Notes under the pieces: model-generated
Told to the model about the DNA's origin: nothing
The model's input: the letters and a program-made list of their open reading frames with translations, nothing else
Databases searched by the model: none
Source of the DNA: Nitrospirota bacterium
GTDB lineage: Bacteria > Nitrospirota > UBA9217
Direction of reading: 5' to 3'
DNA length: 64,000 nt
Assembly (NCBI GenBank): GCA_963754875.1
Contig: CAVWHO010000021.1
Coordinates: 1 to 64,000 of the forward strand
Position numbers and translations under genes: made by a program
Shown: piece by piece, positions 22,037 to 32,100 of the stretch
How positions within the stretch are numbered: the first letter of the stretch is position 1
Layout of the letters: the number at the start of each line of letters is the position of its first letter

Positions 22037-22699
22037 TTGATTGAATTGAAGTCGTTGTCGAAAAGCTACCGGGTCTCGGGGAATGTTATCAAAGCGGTAC
22101 AACCCCTTGACCTCACCATTTCCCGCGGAGAATTCGTTTCCATCGTGGGCCACTCCGGGAGCGGCAAAAGTACGTTTCTCAGCCTCGTCGGCGGAATCGC
22201 ACGTCCCGACACCGGAACCGTAAGCATCGACGGTGCAAATATTTGGGGATTTAACGACAAGGGGCTCTCCAAGCTCAGGAATGAAAAATTCGGGTTCGTG
22301 TACCAGTTTGCCAGCCTTATCCCCACCCTTACGGCGACGGAAAATGTCCTTCTCCCGACTGTTTTCGGCGGCCGCAAAACAGCGAAAGACGCTGAAAACC
22401 TCCTCACGTTCGTTGGGCTCGGCGATAAGACGGGCCGATACCCATCGGAGCTGAGCGGAGGCGAACAGCAACGGGTAGCCATTGCCAGGGCATTTATTAA
22501 CGATCCCCAGATCATTCTTGCCGATGAGCCCACCGGTGATCTCGACGAAGAGACGGAAGCTGAAATCATGACCTTTTTCGAGAAGGTCAACCGTGAGAAG
22601 AACGTCACCATGATCATGGTGACCCACAGCTCCGAGATCGCCCTCCGCGCCACATCTCGAATGCGGATGAAGCACGGGGCATTGGAAAAACTCAACTGA
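22037..22699 (+). CDS. ABC ATP-binding protein (LolD/MacB type)
   Basis: TTG start after GAAAGGG; GHSGSGKST, LSGGEQQRVAIARA, ILADEPTGDLD. Confidence 0.93.
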   Translation: MIELKSLSKSYRVSGNVIKAVQPLDLTISRGEFVSIVGHSGSGKSTFLSLVGGIARPDTGTVSIDGANIWGFNDKGLSKLRNEKFGFVYQFASLIPTLTATENVLLPTVFGGRKTAKDAENLLTFVGLGDKTGRYPSELSGGEQQRVAIARAFINDPQIILADEPTGDLDEETEAEIMTFFEKVNREKNVTMIMVTHSSEIALRATSRMRMKHGALEKLN

Positions 22700-22748
22700 T
22701 TCGACAGATTGAATTTGTTCCTCATCCCGAACCAAAAAGAAAACAATG

Positions 22749-22780
22749 CAAAACGGCGGCCTCTCGGGGCCGCCGTTTTG
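22749..22780. terminator. Bidirectional intrinsic terminator
   Basis: CAAAACGGCGGCC-TCTCGG-GGCCGCCGTTTTG flanked by A- and T-tracts between convergent genes. Confidence 0.85.
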
Positions 22781-22815
22781 TTATTTTCTTTTCACTTCGG
22801 TCGTTAAGCTGACCA

Positions 22816-23523
22816 TTATTTTTTCTTCTCGTCTCCGTAAAGATAATTGTATTCGGCCGGATGATGGTGTTTGAGTTGTTCCGTTGACATCTTCCCGGTG
22901 AGCCACATCCAGTTCATGGGAAACACTTCGGAGCGAAGGTGCTCGTTATAGAAGTGGAAGATCAGGATGAACACAATTGCCAGGAGCGCTTCATCGCTAT
23001 GCATGACAAAGATCACGTCCCAGATCCACTGTAGCGACCATGTGGGGAACAGCGACGATACCGTAACCGGAAAAGCAAGGAAGAACCCGGATGCACCGAT
23101 GATAAACATTCCCCAGTAGACCGCCCAGTAATCGAACTTCTGCATATAGTTAAATTTTCCAAAATACGGTTTCTCTTTCCTGAAGCCGAAGAAGTACATG
23201 AAATTGTGAAACAGGTCAACAACGTCCTTCGGCATGGGAACGAGCGTAGGTCGCATCCCGCCTTTGCGCAACTGGTTGATGAGGTAGAACTGGTGATACA
23301 CGAAATCGAGCAGCATGGTGATGCCAGCTATGCGATGGATGATCCCTGCCGATTTAGCGCCGCCCCAGAACGAAATCCAAGCACTCGCCGGTTCCTGATA
23401 TGCGTATTTGAGCCCCCATCCAGTGAAGGACAGAATAAGAAACGTCGTGAACATAATAACATGCTGAATCCTCGCGGAGAAATCGAACCTCTCGATTTCA
23501 GCAGGTATGGTTTTATTATTCAT
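22816..23523 (-). CDS. cbcB: Di-haem cytochrome b (FdnI-like, CbcB-like) quinol oxidoreductase subunit
   Basis: RIQH, IIHRIAG, GKFNYMQKFDYWAVYWG, MHSDEALLAIVFILIFHFYNEH, HHPAEY; 4 TM segments. Confidence 0.82.
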   Translation of the reverse strand: MNNKTIPAEIERFDFSARIQHVIMFTTFLILSFTGWGLKYAYQEPASAWISFWGGAKSAGIIHRIAGITMLLDFVYHQFYLINQLRKGGMRPTLVPMPKDVVDLFHNFMYFFGFRKEKPYFGKFNYMQKFDYWAVYWGMFIIGASGFFLAFPVTVSSLFPTWSLQWIWDVIFVMHSDEALLAIVFILIFHFYNEHLRSEVFPMNWMWLTGKMSTEQLKHHHPAEYNYLYGDEKKK

Positions 23524-24415
23524 GGCTACCCCCTTTCTTGAACAAGCGGTCGCGAATGTCCGCGTAGATATCGAGTAGAACGTGAACGCAAATGAACAGG
23601 AATACACTCACCGTGAGAATGATCAACGTGATCTCGGTAAAATGCGCGATGGGATGCGGCGGCTTGTGCGTGATGGCGGCTACAAATTTGGAAGTGGCCC
23701 CGCTGTGGCATTTCCCGCACGTTGCAATCTTGTTCGTCCCGAAAACGGGTGACGAAGGATCTTTGACGTTCTTGATATCATGCGCTCCGTGGCAGTCCGC
23801 ACATGAAGGTGCACCGCTGTGGCCTAACTTTAATTTTCTTCCATGAAAGCTCTCTTTATATCGTTCCATGACATCCGGACTGAGTCCATATTTTGCCACC
23901 ATCATCTTCTCTTCATGGCAGACGCCGCAAGTCTGTACGATATTGAAGTGATTGACTGCGGACTCTTTGCTGGTTTTTGGCTTAATGTAATGGGGGGAAC
24001 CGTGACAGCTCGTGCAGACAGGGCCATCGGAGGACTTTTGCACCATAACGTTCTGACCATGCACGCTTGTCTTGTACTCCTCATAAATATCGGGATGGCA
24101 GCTAACACAGGCTGCCTGCGCCAAAGGGTCGATCTTGCTTTTTGACGTGAGTAAATTCGCCAGCGTCTGCACGGCCTTGTCAGGTTTCACTCCGGACAGT
24201 CCCTGGTGCTGGGCTCCTTTTAATACCATATGGCACATGACACAGTCGAATGAGCCGTGAACGGATTTTGAGAACTTTTCCTGGCTTACATTGGTGTCTC
24301 CTTCCATTGAACCGTGGCAACCGAGACATGTCGCCGCATCAGAAGCCGCACCGGCTGCGGGCACCACAACTAGGCTGCACAACAGCAACACTACAATGTT
24401 CATCCAATTCCTCAT
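23516..24415 (-). CDS. cbcA: Heptahaem cytochrome c with C-terminal membrane anchor (CbcA-like)
   Basis: Signal peptide; 7 CxxCH (CLGCH, CVMCH, CVSCH, CTSCH, CGVCH, CADCH, CGKCH); S(V/F)HG distal His motifs; C-terminal TM ending HVLLD. Confidence 0.82.
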   Translation of the reverse strand: MRNWMNIVVLLLCSLVVVPAAGAASDAATCLGCHGSMEGDTNVSQEKFSKSVHGSFDCVMCHMVLKGAQHQGLSGVKPDKAVQTLANLLTSKSKIDPLAQAACVSCHPDIYEEYKTSVHGQNVMVQKSSDGPVCTSCHGSPHYIKPKTSKESAVNHFNIVQTCGVCHEEKMMVAKYGLSPDVMERYKESFHGRKLKLGHSGAPSCADCHGAHDIKNVKDPSSPVFGTNKIATCGKCHSGATSKFVAAITHKPPHPIAHFTEITLIILTVSVFLFICVHVLLDIYADIRDRLFKKGGSHE

Positions 24416-24614
24416 ACTCTCTCCTTTCACAATATTTTTAATATTTTGAGAAAACTGCAAAGCTGCACACAATGTTGGTCAAGCGAAAATACTAAAGTGA
24501 GTAGGTGTCGGCCAAGTAGTAATCTGGCCATTATTCCGGCAATAGCAGGCATAACTGTCAAAGTCAATGATACTATTGAAATTTGATTATGTATCTCGAT
24601 CTCTGCAAGATTAC

Positions 24615-24631
24615 TGCACGTATCATGCCAA
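24615..24631 (-). promoter_or_regulatory. Sigma-54 (-24/-12) promoter upstream of cbcAB
   Basis: Minus strand TTGGCATGATACGTGCA: GG-N10-GC spacing, matching TGGCAC-N5-TTGC. Confidence 0.72.
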
Positions 24632-24733
24632 TGAAAACTCATTGATTTTATAAGATTGATTGTGCTAGCGTATTTGCAAGATTGAGAATATGGGTAGTAT
24701 TATATCATCTTTGCAAATATCTGGGGGAGGATT

Positions 24734-25480
24734 TCATTTGGGGTACGTAACGTTGACCAAGTAAAGCCCGCGAGACGGGGCTGTCCTGCCAGCTTCTGTC
24801 CTGTCGCGCGACTCTAAAATTCGTTTTACATCTTCAGGGCTGAATCTTCCGAGACCGACTTCTACCAAGGTGCCGATGATGTTGCGCACCATATATCGCA
24901 AAAAAGCATCGGCTTCTATCCAGAGTTCGATAAAATCGCCTCTTTTTTTTATACCGGCAGATTTTATGGTTCTCACTGGCGATTTGGCAGTGCACCCGGA
25001 TCCTCGAAAAGCGGAAAAATCTTGTCTGCCAACGAGGAATGCAAGGCCCTGCCTCATGCTCGTAATGTTAAGCGGCACATTAATATGCCAGGCATAATTC
25101 CGGTAAAGAGCGGTCGGCTGTCGTCTCCGTAGGATACAATATCGATAGGTTTTTCCCAATGCGGAATAACGAGCATGAAAATCAAGGGCAACGTCATCGG
25201 ATGCAAGCACCCTGATGTCGGCAGGAAGCAAACGGTTTAGTGCCGGCGCCCAGGCCGCGGCGGGAATGGTGGCTGATGTCTTGAAATTTGCAACGTGCCC
25301 CAGCGCATGCACACCGGCATCGGTCCGGCCCGATGAATAGATATCAATCTCTTCCTGTACAAGTTCTTTGAGGGCATGTTCGAGAGCTTCCTGGATGGTA
25401 GGTTTTCCGCTGCCGGTTTGCCTTTGCCAGCCGTGATAATTCGTGCCGTCGTATTCGAGGATGAGTTTGATGTTCCGCAT
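24734..25480 (-). CDS. truA: tRNA pseudouridine(38-40) synthase
   Basis: YDGTNYHGWQRQ, SGRTDAGVHA, FHARYSA, FLRYMVR, TAPSRGLYL. Confidence 0.96.
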   Translation of the reverse strand: MRNIKLILEYDGTNYHGWQRQTGSGKPTIQEALEHALKELVQEEIDIYSSGRTDAGVHALGHVANFKTSATIPAAAWAPALNRLLPADIRVLASDDVALDFHARYSALGKTYRYCILRRRQPTALYRNYAWHINVPLNITSMRQGLAFLVGRQDFSAFRGSGCTAKSPVRTIKSAGIKKRGDFIELWIEADAFLRYMVRNIIGTLVEVGLGRFSPEDVKRILESRDRTEAGRTAPSRGLYLVNVTYPK

Positions 25481-25550
25481 AAAACAGTGGGCAGCAGGTA
25501 ACAAACAGGAAAATTCAATTCTTTTTGTTTTCCGCGTACTGTCTGCCTGG

Positions 25551-26252
25551 TCAATCCCCCAGGTACGCTTTCTTTATGCCAGGGTCATTTTCCAGGAGCG
25601 ATGCTTTGCCCTGCATAACGATCTTTCCGGTCTCCAAAACATAGGCCCGATGGGCCAATCGGAGCGCTGCCTTTGCGTTCTGCTCCACCAGAAGAATAGT
25701 CATTCCCTGCTGGTTGATCTCTTGAATGATCCTGAATATCCTGGCCACTATGATCGGGGCAAGACCGAGAGAAGGTTCATCGAGGAGCAGCAGTTTTGGC
25801 CTGGACATGAGCGCCCTGCCGATGGCAAGCATCTGCTGTTCCCCACCCGAGAGCGTCCCACCGAACTGTCTGCGCCGCTCGGCAAGCGTGGGGAACAAAG
25901 CGAACACACGCTCGATTCCTTCGGAAAGTTCCTGACTGTTTCTCGAAAAAGCGCCGATCTCAAGGTTTTCGTTCACGGTCATGCGGGGGAAAATACGCCG
26001 GCCTTCAGGCACCTGTGAAATACCCATTGTGACGATCTCATGCGCCTGCCTGCCGGATATTTGGGTGCCGTTATACGATATCGTTCCGCGCCGCAGCGCA
26101 GTGACACCGGATATCGACATGAGCGTCGTGGATTTTCCAGCGCCATTCGCTCCGATAAGCGCCACGATCTCGCCCTTTTCAATTTTCAAGCTAATGCCCT
26201 TGAGTGCGTCAATCATGCCGTAAGAGACGGTTGCATCCAGGAGCTCAAGCAT
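25551..26252 (-). CDS. livF: Branched-chain amino acid ABC ATPase
   Basis: GANGAGKST, VPEGRRIF, LSGGEQQMLAIGRALM, LDEPSLGLAP. Confidence 0.93.
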   Translation of the reverse strand: MLELLDATVSYGMIDALKGISLKIEKGEIVALIGANGAGKSTTLMSISGVTALRRGTISYNGTQISGRQAHEIVTMGISQVPEGRRIFPRMTVNENLEIGAFSRNSQELSEGIERVFALFPTLAERRRQFGGTLSGGEQQMLAIGRALMSRPKLLLLDEPSLGLAPIIVARIFRIIQEINQQGMTILLVEQNAKAALRLAHRAYVLETGKIVMQGKASLLENDPGIKKAYLGD

Positions 26253-27015
26253 GCAGTTGCTCCTTGCCGAGATAGGCCTCGATCACGTCAGGGTTGCTCT
26301 GGATATCCTTCGGCAGCCCCTCGGCGATTTTCACCCCATGATCGAGTACGATCACGCGATCTGATATGCCCATGACGACCTTCATGTCATGCTCGATTAA
26401 AAGAACGGCAACGCCGTTGTCCCTTATCCTGCGTATCAGACTCATCAGGTCCTGCGTCTCGAGCGGGTTCATACCGGCAGCCGGCTCGTCCAGGAGCAGC
26501 AGGTGCGGCTCCGTCCCGAGCGCGCGAGCAATTTCCAGTCGCCGTTGGGCGCCGTAGGACAGGTTCGCCGCAAGGACATCATGCCGGTCTTCGAGCCCCA
26601 CAAACTTTAAAATGTCCGCGGCACGGTATCCCATGTCACGCTCTTCTTTTTTGACCCTGCCCGTCCGGAAGAGCGCACCGAAAAATCCCGCAGTCGTCCG
26701 GCAATGTGCTGCGACCATGACGTTCTCGGCGCAGGTCATTTCCTTGAACAAACGGATATTCTGAAACGTCCGCGCAATGCCGAGCGCAGTGATCTCATGT
26801 GGCGGCATGGCGGTAACATCCCGGTCGTGAAAGACGACGTCCCCTTTCGTCGGCCGATACATTCCGGTGATGCAGTTGAAAAACGTGGTTTTGCCTGCGC
26901 CGTTCGGGCCGATGATGCTCACTATCCTCTCACGCTCGACGCGCATGTTGATCCCATCGAGCGCTTTGAGCCCGCCGAAATGCCTTGTCAAATTTTTCGT
27001 CTCTAATAGCAACAT
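26245..27015 (-). CDS. livG: Branched-chain amino acid ABC ATPase
   Basis: GPNGAGKTT, ARTFQNIRLF, LSYGAQRRLEIARAL, LDEPAAGMN. Confidence 0.93.
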   Translation of the reverse strand: MLLLETKNLTRHFGGLKALDGINMRVERERIVSIIGPNGAGKTTFFNCITGMYRPTKGDVVFHDRDVTAMPPHEITALGIARTFQNIRLFKEMTCAENVMVAAHCRTTAGFFGALFRTGRVKKEERDMGYRAADILKFVGLEDRHDVLAANLSYGAQRRLEIARALGTEPHLLLLDEPAAGMNPLETQDLMSLIRRIRDNGVAVLLIEHDMKVVMGISDRVIVLDHGVKIAEGLPKDIQSNPDVIEAYLGKEQLHA

Positions 27016-27046
27016 ATCGCTTCAACCGATTCAATTTTTTGAACGT

Positions 27047-28201
27047 TTAAACTGTTTTTTTCATAGAGCCTAGAAGACCTTGCGGCCTGAATACCATCAT
27101 AAGCACCAGGGCCGCGCCGAATGCCAGCATGCGGTAATCCTGAAAATCACGAAATACCTCGGGGAGCGTGATCAGCAGAAGCGCGCCGAGAATGATGCCG
27201 GGAATGCTGCCCATACCGCCGAGGACGACCATGCAGAGGATCATGACGGACTCAAAAAAAGTAAAGCTTTCCGGCGATACAAATGCCATTTTTGCGGCAA
27301 AAAAAACGCCGGTCAAACCCGCCCATGCCGAACCGAGCACGAAAGCGAGCAGTTTAAGCCGGAAGGTATTGATCCCCATTGCCTCAGCCGCAATCTCGTC
27401 TTCGCGGATCGCGATCCATGCCCTGCCGATTCGTGACGACATGATTCGCTTCATTGCAAACACTGTTCCTACGGTCATCAGCAGAATGAGATAGTAGAAA
27501 TCGAACGTCGTATGAAGCACGTACCCTGCAAGTACCGGTCTTCCCACTTGCGAGATACCGTTCGGCCCGCCGGTCATGCTGTCCCAATTATTCAGTATGA
27601 TACGGGTTATCTCCCCGAGTCCGAGCGTGACGATCGCAAAGTAGTCTCCCCGCAATCTCAGCGTCGGCGAGCCCAGCACTACTGCAAAGACGGCGGCCAT
27701 TGCAGCCCCGGCCCCAAGACCGGGCCAGAATGAAAGTCCGTATTTTGTCGATAAGATCGCATAGGTATAGGCACCGATCGCATAGAACGCTACATATCCC
27801 AGGTTCAAAAGACCCGTCTGACCCACTATGATATTCAAGCCCAGTGCGAGTACGATATAGATACAGGTCAAGGTCATGATATCCCGGTAATAGTCATTCA
27901 GAAAAACAGGCAGGATGATCAGGAAAAGTAGTATGAACGCCACCGTAAAAGGAGAATCGGCAAATCGGGTTAACGATGCGACGTGTGATGACACTTTAGC
28001 GAATATGGCTGAAAGCGACTTGCGGGGGGACGTGACAACCTCATGTCTAGACAGGCGCAAAAGGAGCATGACAACGAATGCTACAGTGAAAATGAGAACT
28101 GCGTTGCCGATACCGGTAAACGGCAAAGTCAACAAACCAGCCCAGAGCGGAAGCAGAAGGATATTAAAATGTTTTTTAAATGGAGTACGAAGTATGGCCA
28201 T
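27047..28201 (-). CDS. livM: Branched-chain amino acid ABC permease
   Basis: LRLRGDYFAIVTLG, TGGPNGI, AIREDEIAA, MVVLGGMGS, RPQGL. Confidence 0.92.
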   Translation of the reverse strand: MAILRTPFKKHFNILLLPLWAGLLTLPFTGIGNAVLIFTVAFVVMLLLRLSRHEVVTSPRKSLSAIFAKVSSHVASLTRFADSPFTVAFILLFLIILPVFLNDYYRDIMTLTCIYIVLALGLNIIVGQTGLLNLGYVAFYAIGAYTYAILSTKYGLSFWPGLGAGAAMAAVFAVVLGSPTLRLRGDYFAIVTLGLGEITRIILNNWDSMTGGPNGISQVGRPVLAGYVLHTTFDFYYLILLMTVGTVFAMKRIMSSRIGRAWIAIREDEIAAEAMGINTFRLKLLAFVLGSAWAGLTGVFFAAKMAFVSPESFTFFESVMILCMVVLGGMGSIPGIILGALLLITLPEVFRDFQDYRMLAFGAALVLMMVFRPQGLLGSMKKTV

Positions 28202-28455
28202 TACGGTAGGCGATTATCGCACAAAATGTACGGAATTTCAAGGCATTGTTGCACGGAAGATAGGTAAAACCGGGACAGCGCCCGTGGAAGATCGCACAGG
28301 TTACTTGAGACCGTCACGGCTTTCTCCGTACGGGCCAGCGGGAGAGCGTATGAGCTACTCGTCAGGCCTCTTTTTCGAGCGATACTGCAAAAGCATAAAA
28401 TTTGATTAACTTTATCATAAAAAAAGGACCAAAATAACTTAAAAAGGAATCGTGT

Positions 28456-28484
28456 TTGACAATACCGGATTTTACAGTTAACAT
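28456..28484 (+). promoter_or_regulatory. Sigma-70 promoter
   Basis: TTGACA, 17 bp, TAACAT. Confidence 0.6.
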
Positions 28485-28517
28485 GGTGAAGAAAAAAACT
28501 TATTCGGTTCGCCGCGC

Positions 28518-28870
28518 ATGCCGAGAAAAATCATCAACATACTCATCCTTCTCGTCTGGTTTGTCATGCTCGGCTTCCTCCTTGATCGGACCTACCTCCG
28601 GTCAACAAAGGTCATTGCCCTTGACGTAGTGACGGAACAAGGTGTCGGTGCCATTGACGAGTGGTTCGGCATCTATCAGCAGGGGAGGAAAATCGGGTAT
28701 GCCCACAGCCAGATCAGACCTGAAGCTGAAACGTATCACCTCCTAGAAGAATCCGAGATGGAGATCCTTGCACTCGGTGCAGTTCAGCGCGTAAAAACAA
28801 CCATTAACATTTATACGACAAAAAACTTTCTGCTCAAATACTTCTATTTTGCCATGCAGTCGGAAATGAC
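28518..28870 (+). CDS. N-terminal part of a membrane-anchored protein (resembles N-termini of transglutaminase-like proteins), truncated at a probable contig break
   Basis: N-terminal TM, EWFGIYQQGRKIGYAH; the sequence becomes AT-rich and non-coding-like after about 28870. Confidence 0.55.
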
Positions 28871-29144
28871 TTGTAATCGCCGTCAATATTCTGGCACTTA
28901 TATTACCCATGAGAATAGGTTTTAAACGCCTATCCGAGCGAAGTATAAGGCACTCATAAGCACAATATATTGTATAGATAAAGTGTAACAATACCTTACC
29001 TTGTTATTTTTCCCTTTACAAATGTCCCTGCTTATGATATAAACCTCTACATTAATAGTAAATTGTGATTCACCGGTCCCTCCATCCAGTTAAATATAAA
29101 CTTTAGCTTTTAAAACTATCCTTACTTCTTCATGAGGGAGGCCT

Positions 29145-32100
29145 ATGCAGCTCAAGACCCTTGAAATGATCGGCTTCAAATCCTTCTCAGACAAGACAAC
29201 GATCACGTTTCAACCCGGCGTAACTGCAGTGGTAGGCCCGAACGGTTGCGGTAAGAGCAACATCTCGGACGCCATTCGGTGGGTCCTCGGCGAACAGAGT
29301 GCAAAGCACCTTCGTGGCGACAAAATGGAAGATGTTATCTTCAACGGGAGCGAAAACCGCAAACCTCTCGGCATGGCCGAAGTGACCCTCCGGCTCTCGA
29401 ACATCGGCGGGAACCTGTCATCGGAATTTGGACAGTACGAGGAAATCGAGATCACCCGAAGGCTCTACCGATCCGGGGAAAGTGAATATCACATCAACAA
29501 GATCCCCTGCCGCCTCAAGGACATCCGAGATCTCATGATGGATGCCGGAGTGGGAGCTCGAATCCACGCCATTATCGAGCAGGAAAAAGTGGACCACATT
29601 CTGTCATCAAAACCCCAGGACCGCCGCTTCTTGTTCGAAGAGGTTGCCGGGGTAATGAAGTATAAGGCACGCCGCCAGGAGGCGCTCTCAAAACTCGAGT
29701 CCACTCAGCAGAACCAGCTGCGGGTCAATGACATTATCATAGAAGTGAAACGCCAACTCAATTCACTTGATCGTCAAGCGCGAAAGGCCGAACGGTATCA
29801 GAAGATCCGGGGCGAGATGAAGGACCTGGACTACCGCCTCGCCTCGGTCGAGTACTCCACGCTTGGGAGCGAGTGGAAAACCGCGACCGAAGAATTCAAG
29901 AAAGCGGAAGATGAGATCACCGAACTGCATGCTGCGCTCAGCAGGATCGAAGCAGCCATTGAAGAGTCGCGGGCAGATGCCCTCGCGGCCGAACAGGAGC
30001 TTTCCGCACTTCAGCATAAGATCCATGAAACCGAGACCTCGCTCAGCCGCGCAGAACACCGCGTCGAGATGTCGAAGAGCCAGATCGCCTCACTCACTGA
30101 ACAGCGGGACCGCGACCTCGCTGACAGAGACTACCTGAAACAGGAAACGGTCCGGATCGCAGAACGGAAGGCGCAGCACGAGGAAGAAACGCGCGGACTC
30201 GCAGTTTCGATCGATGAAAAGAACGCCGTAGTCGCCGAGCGGACGGAGAATCTCGACGCGCTATCCCGTTTGGTCCGTGACAAGGAACTCTCGCTCGACG
30301 AGATGAGGGCCGGGATTCTGAACGCCATGACCGCTTCGGCAAACGAAAAAACCAGAATGTCGAACCTGCAGACCCGAATTTCCCAGATCGACGAACAGGA
30401 TGCACGGGCGTTGAAGGATAAACAGGAACTGATGCAGAAGATCGAAGAGCTCTCAATCCAGCTCGTTGCCAGGGAGCGTGAACTCGAGGAAATCCTGTCC
30501 AGGAAGTCGGCGGCCCAGGAAGAGCGAGCACAGGTCAGTGAGCGGCTCGAACAGGCGCTGGTAAAGAAAAAATCGGTTGAGACGGGACTAAACGAAACAA
30601 AAAATAGGCTCGCGGCGCAGAACTCGCGTCTCCGCTCCCTGATCGAGCTGGAACAAAGCCTGGAAGGCTATCAAAAGGGCGTACGGACCGTTATGTCCGC
30701 CAGAAAAGAGGCCTCGGCGAGCGAGCGTCTCGGCACGATCCACGGGCTCGTGGCGGACATGATTGAGACCGAGCCGCAATATGAAGTGGCGATCGAGGCG
30801 GTGCTGGGCGAACGGCTTCAGTACGTTGTCGTCGATTCCCAGCACGATTCACTCAAAGCAATCGACTACCTGAAAGCAAAGAGCGGCGGAAGGAGCACGT
30901 TTATCCCGAAAAAGCCGCGCGAGATCAAAACCGAGCTTTTTGTCAAGAACGGCCATGCCGGCGTTATCGGATCAGCCCTGAACATCGTCCGGTATAACGA
31001 AAGCTACGGCAGCGTTGCCCAGTACCTCCTTGGCGACGTGGTCGTTGTCGACACTATGGACACAGCGCTCTACCTCTGGCAGAAGAACGGCATACACAAG
31101 ACAATTGTCACTCTTACGGGAGAGATTCTGGATCCCTGGGGTGCGGTCACCGGAGGTACCGTCGAAGCGGTTGGTACGGGCATGCTCACAAAGCGGCGCG
31201 AGATCAAAGACCTGGAGCATGAGATTGCAGAGCTGACGATCAGCGCGGCAAAGCTAGAATCTGAGCTCACGTCCCTCGACGCGACGATAGAATCGGACCG
31301 GAAGATAGAGTCCGACCTCTCCCAGCAGATCCACAGCGCCGATCTCGAGTTCGTGAACAGGGAAAAAGACCGTCTTGGCGTCCGCGAGGAGATCGGCCGA
31401 GCCGAGGGGCGTATCAAAACTCTCGATTCAGAGGCGTCAGAGCGCACCGTGCTGAGATCGGATCTGAATGCCCAAGTTGCTGTTTCATCCGAGGTCCTTC
31501 GCCAACTCGAAGCCGGTCACTCAAATGCACAGGCAAACATCGAGTCGCTCCAGGCCGAACTTTCCGCCCAAAAAGAAACCCGCGAAAGGGCACTCGCGGA
31601 AATAACCGAGATCAAGATGGAGATCGCAGCGCTCCAGGAAAAGCAGTCTGCCGCTTCACGGGGACTCGAATCCCTCGTGCAGACAGAAGCAGACCTCGCT
31701 GACCGCCTCGCTAAGCGCGAAATAGAGATTGCAGCCATTGCAGGGAAGCTGAGCGAACTCGATTCGCTCATTACTGAAGCCGAGGCCGAAATCAAGGGTC
31801 ATATCGACATTCTCGAATCTGAGCGGAAGGTCCTCGTTTCGCTGCAGGAAGCGCATTCCGTAAAAAACCAGGCCCTCCAGACGTCGGAGGAACAGGCGAG
31901 ACAGATCAGGAATGATAGTGAGGCCGCACAGAAACGACTTTCCGCGAACGAGGTGAAGCGGACCGAACTCCGCATGAAGATCGAACATTTGAAGGACAGG
32001 ATCTGGAGCACCTATCACGCCGAACTCGAGTCCGTGGTCACTGAACTCGGCCAGTTCGAGATCAATCTCGATGAAGCGGGGCTTCAGCTCGATGAATATC

